This document shows, piece by piece, positions 20,760 through 29,408 of a stretch of DNA of 64,000 bases; the first letter of the stretch is position 1; each line of letters begins with the position of its first letter. Source of the stretch: Cyanidioschyzon merolae (Eukaryota). The notes under the pieces are model-generated. The model was not told the DNA's origin. It was given only the letters and a program-made list of their open reading frames with translations, and made no database searches. The position numbers and the translations under genes were made by a program. Where the stretch lies: NCBI GenBank assembly GCA_000091205.1, contig AP006501.2, one strand, 5' to 3'.

Positions 20760-23700
20760 ATGACAGGACCACTCGAGACGACAGACCTCAGTTCAGAGTC
20801 TTGGTTAGCGACTCGCGAGCAAGAGCTCTTAGCGGTACTGGAACAGCTCCAAAAGAAACTTGATGCTTTGCGGCGATCGCAGCACTTTGGGCGTCACCCT
20901 CGGTTATGGAAAGAACGCGTCGCGTCGATGCTGGCATCGCCAGAGCGGAATACTTTGTTCCGCTCCAGCTCCGAGGGAATAGAGAACACCACCGAGGGCG
21001 GCCTCGAAACAAAGCTGTACCCGATCCAACGAATCATTTTCGTGTCGCTGCACCTGCCTTCAAAAGCTGAAGTCGACCTCAATCGAGCACTATCCGTCAC
21101 AGCGCGGGTTACAAGCGCCATTTTGACGGTGCTGGCGAGCGATCCAGAGGTGCCAGTCGTCTGGGTGGGTCTCGAGCCGCCCACCGGGGACGCACCACCC
21201 GAGACGCCGGGCGCCGGCACACTCACGAGCTATGCTTTGACAGATGCTTTGCAATTGACCGGAAGAGTGACGCATTCGCCACAACTCGCTCGAACGTTTG
21301 TATGCGTGCCCATGGAGCCCGCACTAGCCAGTGCCTTTGTAGCTTTTGCCGAAGAGCAGCTATGGTCACTTCTACACTATGATTTTGCGGGCCTCTTCTG
21401 CGGAGATCTCTCTATTCAAGATGGGTGGCGAGCGTACTGTACGGCAAACGCGCTCTTTGCCGATACCATCAGGGGCCTCGATATCGGTCCGGGTGATCTT
21501 CTCTGGATACACGACTATCCACTGATGATGCTGCCGGGGCTGGTGCGCCGTCACCTCCCCCATGCACGTATCGGTTTCTATCTGCATACCTGTTTCCCGT
21601 CGACGGAGATCTTTCGTATTTTCCCGTATCGGCGTGAGATGCTTGAGTCGCTGCTCCAGAGCAACCTGATTGGCTTCCAGGCGTTTGGGTATGCGCGGCA
21701 CCTGGTGACCGCCTCGACGCGATTGCTTGGAGTCGAAGGCACCTACGAAAAAATCGTCATCGAACAGCGACCTGCGCATGCCTGTTTTCTGAGCATCTAT
21801 CCTTTGGGAGCTGGAGTCCGTATGGTGAACACCATCCTCGAGAGTCGTGCAGCTCGCCGTCGCATTGCCGAGTTAAAGGAACGTTTCCAGGGTCGGCGAA
21901 TTATTGTGGGTCTGGAGCGGCTTGATGATCGTTTCGGGGGCATCGACTTGAAGCTTGCCGCATTTGAAGAATTCCTAGCACGGAATCCTCTCATGCGTAA
22001 CCAGTGCGTTCTCGTGCAGGTTGCCGTGCTCGAGGCGCACGGTCATCGTGGTAAGGGGCGCTCGGCCTTGCCCGCTGAACGCAACAGCATCGACCCCAGT
22101 GTGTTTGCCACGAGTGTTTCGACGTCGAAGCGTCTTCGACATGGAGCGCAGGCCCCGAGCACCCGCTCTGGGTTCGGTGCTGGTGGCGATCATCATCGAC
22201 CAATTCTGTCGCAGGGGAACGGACAATTCAAAGCGAACCGCTCCCGCACAAGCACGGGCCTTGTTGCCGACGAGGACGGCCGCCGGCAACTCATCCGCAC
22301 GGTTTGCTCCCTGGTTGGGCGCATCAACGCAGTGTACGGCTCTCTGGACGCATCGCCAGTGCATTTCGTGAACTACGAGCCGAGTTATGAGGAGCTTCTC
22401 GCACTGTTCGCAGTCGCCGATGTATGTCTGGTATCCTCAGTGCGTTCGGTGATGACCCCAGTCGCCTACGAGTGGACACTGTGCCAACACGGGCGCGGCG
22501 AGGGTCCGCTCGTTCTTAGCGAGTTCAGCGGTGCGAATCGAACCTTTCCCTCGGCGATGCTGGTCAATCCGTATGACATTGAGGGCGTGGCGTTCGCACT
22601 CCAAGAGGCACTTAGCCTGGACGCCCGCGAACGCAAAGTCCGGCATGAGATCGCGTACCAGTATGTGATGCAGAATACCGTCAAGACGTGGTTCGATAAC
22701 TTTGTGGAGGATCTGCAAGTTGCCGCCGCCACGGATCACCAGCATGCGAACGACCCAGTGCCGCTATCTGTGTCCGAGTCGCAGGTTGCCGGGTCGCTGG
22801 CGGCAGCCCGCCTGCCGTCTCCGGAAGCTTCCTCAGCGGACATGCACCCGGAGGCTGTGCTGTGCTCGGGTGCGGCAGGAGAGCGTGCAGAGATTGCGGT
22901 GGTCGCACGGCTCCTTGAGCTGAGCCAAAAGAAAAGGCTTTTTATCCTCCAGCACGACGGAGCGTTGATGCCGTTCCAGGCTATCGCGGAGCTGGCGGGG
23001 CCGCATCCGAACGTGCTTCGCATCGTCAGTGTCTTGGCAACGGACCCGCGCAATGTCGTGTATCTGTGTAGTGGCCGTACGCGAAGGATTGTAACCGAAT
23101 GGTATCAGCCGTATGCCCACAAATTTGGTTTCATTTGTGAGTTTGGATTGTTTCTGCGTGCGCCTGGAGCAAACAACATCTGGACGGTGAATGCCGAAGG
23201 CGAACTGTCCGATCCCGACGAATGGAAACCGCTGATGCTGCCGCTGATGCGGACGTTTGCGGATCGAACACCTGGAGCGATTGTCGAGGAAGCTGAACAC
23301 ACACTCGTTTGGCACTATCGGGACGCGGATCCGGATTTCGGCAAGTGGCAAGCGCTCGAGCTCATGGAGGAATTGGGACGTATTCTGCGCTCGCCCCAGA
23401 ACAATGGACTCTCTCTGGAGGTCGTCCACTATGAAGCTGTCCATGCAACGGGCGGCAAATGGGTCCGGGTTGGACCACGGGGGGTGCGCAAGGCCCGCAC
23501 AGTCGAGCGGCTTCTCTCGGAGCTATCCCTGCGTGAGTTCGATTTTGTGCTGGCGTGCGGCGAGGATCGCCACGACGACGAGATGTTCGAGACGCTCCAG
23601 CACCGCACGAGCATGTCGAGCGTTCTGGTACGTATCGGCCGCTCATCCAGTGGACGTTCGCGAGCTGCGAACCTGCAGCTAGACTCGTGCCGCGAGTGGC

Positions 23701-24056
23701 TCGATGCACTCCAGCAGATCGTTCTCGGAACGCCAGGTAACGCGCCGCTGGTGTCGACTGCAGCGCTTTCGCCACGTCGCCAGGAGTCACTACCGCAGTT
23801 TGCGAGCGCTGAGCCAGTCCAGTCAGGCGAAGCGACGGATCCGAACGTCGCATCATCCGCGGATACCCTGGTGTACCGGAGGAGTGTTTCGGAACCGCGA
23901 ATCGGGTCTGCGGAATCAGAGCCGTCTACGAGCACCGCAGTCACAGCATTGCTGGCCGTAGCGTCGAGCGCGAGCGGAGCTGCCGGGCCGAAGCGACCGC
24001 CGTCGCTGCCCCGGATTCAGGAATACGAGACCCAGAGCGAAACCGAGTCATCCTGA
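20760..24056 (+). CDS. Trehalose-6-phosphate synthase (GT20) fused to a C-terminal TPP-like (HAD) domain
   Basis: LWIHDYPLMMLPGLVRRHLPHARIGFYLHTCFPSTEIFRIFPYRREMLESLLQSNLIGFQAFGYARHL matches the canonical TPS core. VLSEFSGA and VNPYDIEGVAFAL are also present. The C-terminal domain is HAD-like. The first ATG is at 20760. Confidence 0.85.
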   Translation: MTGPLETTDLSSESWLATREQELLAVLEQLQKKLDALRRSQHFGRHPRLWKERVASMLASPERNTLFRSSSEGIENTTEGGLETKLYPIQRIIFVSLHLPSKAEVDLNRALSVTARVTSAILTVLASDPEVPVVWVGLEPPTGDAPPETPGAGTLTSYALTDALQLTGRVTHSPQLARTFVCVPMEPALASAFVAFAEEQLWSLLHYDFAGLFCGDLSIQDGWRAYCTANALFADTIRGLDIGPGDLLWIHDYPLMMLPGLVRRHLPHARIGFYLHTCFPSTEIFRIFPYRREMLESLLQSNLIGFQAFGYARHLVTASTRLLGVEGTYEKIVIEQRPAHACFLSIYPLGAGVRMVNTILESRAARRRIAELKERFQGRRIIVGLERLDDRFGGIDLKLAAFEEFLARNPLMRNQCVLVQVAVLEAHGHRGKGRSALPAERNSIDPSVFATSVSTSKRLRHGAQAPSTRSGFGAGGDHHRPILSQGNGQFKANRSRTSTGLVADEDGRRQLIRTVCSLVGRINAVYGSLDASPVHFVNYEPSYEELLALFAVADVCLVSSVRSVMTPVAYEWTLCQHGRGEGPLVLSEFSGANRTFPSAMLVNPYDIEGVAFALQEALSLDARERKVRHEIAYQYVMQNTVKTWFDNFVEDLQVAAATDHQHANDPVPLSVSESQVAGSLAAARLPSPEASSADMHPEAVLCSGAAGERAEIAVVARLLELSQKKRLFILQHDGALMPFQAIAELAGPHPNVLRIVSVLATDPRNVVYLCSGRTRRIVTEWYQPYAHKFGFICEFGLFLRAPGANNIWTVNAEGELSDPDEWKPLMLPLMRTFADRTPGAIVEEAEHTLVWHYRDADPDFGKWQALELMEELGRILRSPQNNGLSLEVVHYEAVHATGGKWVRVGPRGVRKARTVERLLSELSLREFDFVLACGEDRHDDEMFETLQHRTSMSSVLVRIGRSSSGRSRAANLQLDSCREWLDALQQIVLGTPGNAPLVSTAALSPRRQESLPQFASAEPVQSGEATDPNVASSADTLVYRRSVSEPRIGSAESEPSTSTAVTALLAVASSASGAAGPKRPPSLPRIQEYETQSETESS

Positions 24057-24421
24057 GGGCTCGTCGGCGTCTCTGTTGGGTCTGTGTATGCGCTGCGTAC
24101 CTGGCCCTGCATCGAATACGGTACTTGGACTGTGTGGACGCACCAGCGCTTTCTCGTGTTATTCGCCGACGAGCGCATCCATGGATCGCTGTTTCGCGTT
24201 GCGGTATCGGGAAAGGCGGCCACGATCCGCATCACGACCTGTTCGAATGGACGCCTGAGACGAGTCTCGGCTATAGCCAGCATAGAGGCATCTCGAACGA
24301 AGCATCTCTGGAGCAGCAGCGGAGTGGCATCGCAGCACACCAGCATCTGTCTCATCCTTAAGCAGACGTGCCGCGAGACGACACGAAACGACACGATGCT
24401 TGCAAGTGCATGGGAGCATAA

Positions 24422-25480
24422 TTAGTCGAGTTTTACCACAAGGCAGGATACGTTATCGGTGGAGCCGTCTTCGAGGGCCCGCCGAACGAGGCGCTCTGCA
24501 GCATACTGAGCGTTTTCGCGCATCCGCGTGTCGCTCAGAATCATTTGCGCAACCTGTTCGTCACTTAGGACGTCGAAGAGCCCGTCGCACGCCAAAACGA
24601 CATGCGTATCGACGCCCTCTTCGATGACATGCGTACTGGTAAAGGGTTCGGAGATCACCACGTGTTTCATCGCAAAATCACCAAACGCCCGACTCACAGC
24701 CAGAACACCTAGCACCCGATGGCAGACCACGAAACCACCCGAGTCACTCACCCGGCGCGCCTCGTTCTCGTCGCTCGCCTTGTGGTCGTAGGAGAGCCGC
24801 AGCGCGTTTCCGTCACGGCGAACGAGGATGGCTCGCGAGTCGCCGGCGTTCGCCGTGTGCAGGTACCGTCGTCCATCCTCGTCGCGCCGCAGCAAACAAG
24901 TGATGGACGTTGAACCAACGTAGAGACAGCGTTGCGTTTCTAGCTCACTATCCATTCGCGCGTATGCTCTCTGAAAGCAACGCTCGGGATAGCGCGTACG
25001 TTCCAGAGACAACGGCGGCGACGCTGCGCTCGAGCCGCTCGCTCCCTCCACCGCTTGCCGTTCCCTGGAGAGCTCCTCGGCGAAAACCTCGTGAAACCTG
25101 CGCTCTACTTCGGAGACGGCTTCCCGTCCGCCGTGGCCGTCGTAGATAGCGAAGAACATATCGTCGGCTCGACCAGCGAACCCGAAAATGAACTTGTGTC
25201 CGTCTTCGTTGGTTCGCCTGTATCGCTCGTTGGTGTCCTCGGCGAACCCGTAACTCAGGGTGCCCAGCGTCATGGCTGGCGTCAGGCCGTCGCCACTGCT
25301 CGTGGCGGGTGTCACCGGCACCGGTGCCGCAGCTGCAGTGCGCTCGACCTGGACGGTGTCGCCCGCACGCCTTGGCAGGCTGCTGGGCGGGCGACTTCGA
25401 CCACCCACACCGACCTGCGTTTCCTTGTACTCGACGCCGTCAAACTCGACGGCCTGCTTCCGATCCTCCACCGCATCCAT
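24422..25480 (-). CDS. PP2C-family Ser/Thr protein phosphatase
   Basis: FFAIYDGHGG, LACDGLFDVLSDEQVAQ and EDGSTDNVSCLVVKL motifs. The first ATG is at 25480; the ORF-maximal start is TTG. Confidence 0.85.
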   Translation of the reverse strand: MDAVEDRKQAVEFDGVEYKETQVGVGGRSRPPSSLPRRAGDTVQVERTAAAAPVPVTPATSSGDGLTPAMTLGTLSYGFAEDTNERYRRTNEDGHKFIFGFAGRADDMFFAIYDGHGGREAVSEVERRFHEVFAEELSRERQAVEGASGSSAASPPLSLERTRYPERCFQRAYARMDSELETQRCLYVGSTSITCLLRRDEDGRRYLHTANAGDSRAILVRRDGNALRLSYDHKASDENEARRVSDSGGFVVCHRVLGVLAVSRAFGDFAMKHVVISEPFTSTHVIEEGVDTHVVLACDGLFDVLSDEQVAQMILSDTRMRENAQYAAERLVRRALEDGSTDNVSCLVVKLD

Positions 25481-25680
25481 ACCAGCTTCAGCTTGGGTTC
25501 CAAAACCCTTCACCAACAAGCCAATAGCTTGGTGCAGCGGCCTATTCGCCCAGAAAGGAAACGTGGCTTTTCACGCTACGTTATGATTCAAGCGCTGCTG
25601 CTGCTGCTGCTGCTGCCCCTACTGCCCCTGCTGTGAATGGATCGCCTGGTACAGCCTTCGCGACAGCGGCCGTCTGAGAT

Positions 25681-25824
25681 GCGTGCGCGCGCGCGCGCAC
25701 GCACACGCGTACCACACCGCCCGGATGGCCGCGGCAGCGCACAGCGTGATGCGCCCGCGCTCGAGACAGCGCATTGCGTGCATGGATACGTGCAATGCGT
25801 GCGTGCGTGCGTGCGTGCGTGCGC
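25681..25824. repeat. Cluster of alternating purine-pyrimidine GC/GT-type simple repeats immediately upstream of the PP2C gene; (GCT)7 at 25593-25616 nearby
   Basis: gcgtgcgcgcgcgcgcgcacgcacacgcgtac (25681-25712) and (gcgt)7 (25796-25824). Confidence 0.75.
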
Positions 25825-26352
25825 ATCTCAGGCGCTTCAGCCGCGATGATGATTGTCTTCTTTTCCGATGACACAACACATTCACAGTGACCACGGATTC
25901 CAGACTTCGAACTGGATATTGACATTCGGGAAAGCGTCCATCATGTTGCCACACCTTACCTCCAAGTTCTATGATGCATACTTTCTTTCGGACGTGCTGG
26001 TCGTTTTTGTGCGTCCTATCGCGCGCCTAACCCTCTTTGAGCACCCGCCCCAGCACCTAATCCGCCAGAGCAGATACATCATGGAGACAGAACCGCTTTG
26101 CCATACCACGGACGATATCGTCTCGATGGTGCGGAAACCGAGGCGGTTTCCATTGGCCCGCACCCAGGTTGCAGCGGGTGCTGTTCTTCAATAAAATTGG
26201 ACCCAAGGCAACGCGTTCACTTGCAGATGAAAATTAAGTTTAGATCGCGCATAGGGATCCGAGACCTCGACCCATGCCTCGGAATCGTCCAGATCAAACA
26301 GAGTGAGCGGTGCATGGGCCCGCGGTGGTGCCAGCGCGTTCTTACCGCCGCG

Positions 26353-28512
26353 CTACATGAGTTCGGCGATACTGCAACGCACACCGCCGCCGCCAACTAC
26401 TTCAATCGTGCGAATATCGGCGTGAACCAAATCATCTAGATGTTCACGAAGAACCTGGCGCTGCTCTGGTGTGAATGCGTGGTAAGCACCTGTGCTCATC
26501 GCCATCACCGGTCGTCCGTAGCGCGACTCGATCTCCAGCACATTGCCGCAAAAGTGACACATCTGTTCACGGGTTATGGTGACGACCTCATGACCGGTGG
26601 AACGGAGCCGGTCCAGAATGAGTGCCCGCTCCCGTGAATCCTCCACCGATTCCGCACAGAAGACGGCGACGTGCGTTCCGATACACATCATCACGTTGGT
26701 GTGGTAAATTGGGCGCCCGTGGCCGTCCGTTGCGTGGAATGGAATCACTTCGTAGCCCATGACCCTGGCCCAGGTACGGGCAAGTTTCTGGTCGGATCGC
26801 TCACTGATCGCCATGTATGCAGTTCGATGGGGTCGGTCGAGGACCAGCGAGCCGGTGCCCTCGAGGTAGCGCGGCGTCTTGCTGACTTCCTCTCTCGTCA
26901 GGTCGTAGACATGCGTATACCGCCGGAAAGAGTGTAAGCGCGAAAGAAACTCTGGTCGACGCTCACGGCGACGATTCGGGGATTTCATGGGATAGAGCAC
27001 GAGGGTGCACTCGCCGACCTCTAGATCCGTGTGCGTGCTGAACCAGTTATTCGGAAACACCGAGTCCGGTGCATCGTGGTATTTGTCGTGGGTGAAAAGG
27101 TGAACTCGGGCCCCGATTTTCTGCACGATTTGGTAATAGAGCTGCGCGAATTCATTCAATACCTGACGACGGATCGAGACGAGTTTGTCCTGTGCACCAG
27201 TGGTGCTGGTGGTCTGCTCTGCATCATCAGGCTGGTGTTTCAATCCAGCGACCACGGCGCTCGGATCATGCATGAAGTAATTATCATGTGCTGCGTATAG
27301 ATTCGGCTCAAAGGCAGTTGGCGCAACCATAAGCAGATGATTGGTCGACTGCTGAATGGGAATCGTTGCTGGCTCCATCTGGTCCAGCTCCGTCTTGTTC
27401 TCCACGGGCACAATCCTGATGCCCAACTCGTGAAGATATTCCACGAAATCTACATCATGTCGGCCGAGAATAAACTCTCCCATGTGCGGAGTATTTAGCG
27501 GCCCGCTCTGATCCGAGAGAAAGCGCGCGGCATCCGTCATTAAGTCTGCATCGTTCGGCGTTTGTTCTGCAACAGTCGGCGCCGCGTTTTCTTGCCCCGC
27601 TGCGTCTAGCGAAGAAGATGCCGAATGCTGTCGCGATGGCAGCGGCGTCAGGTTCGCTGGAAGCATGTAATCGTTCACTAGCCGCGCTTGCGGAGGTTCC
27701 TGTATGGAGGTCAGCATCGCAGCAACGTCATCGGTGACGATTTTGAACACGTCCTGCAGCGTGGCGCGGTCTTTCGTGTTGCGGTCGAAGATGTCCCGCA
27801 CTGCAGCAACTCGTCGAGCTCGGTAGAGGCGGCGCGACATGGCATACCGGAAACCGGCAAAGTTTGTCAAGAGTCCGACACCAACGAAGCAGAGGTCGTC
27901 CGAGACCCACACGACATCGCGTGCCTCGAGCCGACAATGAGGTGGCAGTTCTTCGTGCATGATACGGCGGATTTGATTTTCTATTCGAGCCTGCTCCTGA
28001 CGCCGCCGGGCCTCACCCGTGGTGCCCCCCGCGAGCGACAGCGCCTCGGTTTCAAACTGCGCCCGCTGCAGAATCGCATCAACGACTGCAGCGGACGTTG
28101 GAGAGCCGCCCCCTGGTTCCCGATCCCAGAGCGTCCCGATGCGCGACGTCTCCGAAGCGTTCTGAGGCACCGGGCCCGAGCTCTCGACGGAGGATGCGCT
28201 TTGATCAGAGCCCTCTGGGGTTGACGTCGAAAACGCCGCCCTGCAGAGCCCACGTGGCGGCGAAAACACGCGCCTCCACACTGCACCGCGTAGCCCAAAG
28301 ACCGACCCCTCGAGCACACCACCAAAGCGGCAACCGAGCATAGTGCTCATGACACGCCACGCTGCCGCGGACTCGCTGCGATGAGGGTGCGGGTCAGAAC
28401 CCGACGCCAGCAGCTTGCGGGCGCTCCTCCTAGGCAGTGGTGGCGGGGTAGCTCGAGAATGAGACGTCTGCGCCCGGCTCGCGAAATGGACCGCTCCTAG
28501 AAAGCGGTCCAT
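26353..28512 (-). CDS. Amidinotransferase / arginine-deiminase superfamily (guanidino-group-modifying enzyme) protein with a long N-terminal extension
   Basis: The C-terminal ~300 aa carry HTDLEVGEC...GRPIYHTNVMMCIG...EVVGGGGVRCSIAELM, which is the GGGG-x-RC terminal signature of this fold. The N-terminal ~400 aa are low-complexity with a presequence-like start. Confidence 0.5.
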   Translation of the reverse strand: MDRFLGAVHFASRAQTSHSRATPPPLPRRSARKLLASGSDPHPHRSESAAAWRVMSTMLGCRFGGVLEGSVFGLRGAVWRRVFSPPRGLCRAAFSTSTPEGSDQSASSVESSGPVPQNASETSRIGTLWDREPGGGSPTSAAVVDAILQRAQFETEALSLAGGTTGEARRRQEQARIENQIRRIMHEELPPHCRLEARDVVWVSDDLCFVGVGLLTNFAGFRYAMSRRLYRARRVAAVRDIFDRNTKDRATLQDVFKIVTDDVAAMLTSIQEPPQARLVNDYMLPANLTPLPSRQHSASSSLDAAGQENAAPTVAEQTPNDADLMTDAARFLSDQSGPLNTPHMGEFILGRHDVDFVEYLHELGIRIVPVENKTELDQMEPATIPIQQSTNHLLMVAPTAFEPNLYAAHDNYFMHDPSAVVAGLKHQPDDAEQTTSTTGAQDKLVSIRRQVLNEFAQLYYQIVQKIGARVHLFTHDKYHDAPDSVFPNNWFSTHTDLEVGECTLVLYPMKSPNRRRERRPEFLSRLHSFRRYTHVYDLTREEVSKTPRYLEGTGSLVLDRPHRTAYMAISERSDQKLARTWARVMGYEVIPFHATDGHGRPIYHTNVMMCIGTHVAVFCAESVEDSRERALILDRLRSTGHEVVTITREQMCHFCGNVLEIESRYGRPVMAMSTGAYHAFTPEQRQVLREHLDDLVHADIRTIEVVGGGGVRCSIAELM

Positions 28513-28745
28513 TTCGTCTGTCCGTTATGTCAAGAAACGACTGGTTGATACTCGCGCACTCATGGAGCCGCCCGCCAGCGTCCGATCCGCATGCTGCCGC
28601 TGGCGCTGCGCACACGTATGCAACGCCAGGATGCGATCCTCGCAATCAATTTACGCAAAAGCGCATTGCCTTGCGCTTGCCAGCGCGCTCGCTCTCCAGT
28701 AGCGTCTTGTAAGGGACCAGGGTGATCGCTCGAGAGCCTGCTCTG

Positions 28746-29408
28746 ATGTCGACAGACGGAGAAACGCGCAAGCTAGCGTTTATCCTAGCGCCTCTGTTGC
28801 GAACAGGCCAGTGGCAACTTGCGCTGAGAACTGCTCCGCGTTGCCGGCTGCGCGCTGGCGGCTGGAAGCGTTCGGCGGGACGGGGTGCACTCCGTGCGAG
28901 TCTCAGTCCTGAGTCTAGCGCATCCGAAAGCGGAGGCTCAACGCGTAATGGTTCGCAGGGAACCGAGGGTCTGCTGCAAGACAAATCAACGGACGGGACG
29001 GGGGCGCAGCCGGCCACCGACCTGAGCCCCGCAGAGGCTGAACAGCTGCGCAAGAAGCAGGAAGCGGACGCGCTGCGTGCAGCAGAACGCTTCATGGAAC
29101 GAGACGAGGGCAACTTTGCGTGCACCTCTTGCGGCTATGTCTATACGCCCCAGACTGGGGAGACGTTTCTAGGTATACCGCCGGGCACGCAGTTTGAGGA
29201 TATCGATGCGGGAACGTTCCGTTGTCCCGTGTGCCGCTCGCCAAAGAGCGCGTTCCAGCCGGCACGAACAGTGGTCGCAGGTTTTGCGGTCAATCAGAAA
29301 TATGGAATCGGTGCGAATGCGCTGACGCCGGCGCAGAAAAATGCGCTCATATTCGGGGGACTTTTCGCCGCCTTTCTCTTGTTGCTTTCGGGCTATCTGA
29401 TGAGCTGA
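28746..29408 (+). CDS. Rubredoxin with presequence and C-terminal membrane anchor (thylakoid RubA/RBD1 type)
   Basis: CTSCGYVYTPQ...FRCPVCRSPK is the CxxC...CxxC rubredoxin fold. The C-terminal TM is LIFGGLFAAFLLLLSGYLMS. The N-terminal ~100 aa are transit-peptide-like. The first ATG is at 28746. Confidence 0.8.
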   Translation: MSTDGETRKLAFILAPLLRTGQWQLALRTAPRCRLRAGGWKRSAGRGALRASLSPESSASESGGSTRNGSQGTEGLLQDKSTDGTGAQPATDLSPAEAEQLRKKQEADALRAAERFMERDEGNFACTSCGYVYTPQTGETFLGIPPGTQFEDIDAGTFRCPVCRSPKSAFQPARTVVAGFAVNQKYGIGANALTPAQKNALIFGGLFAAFLLLLSGYLMS

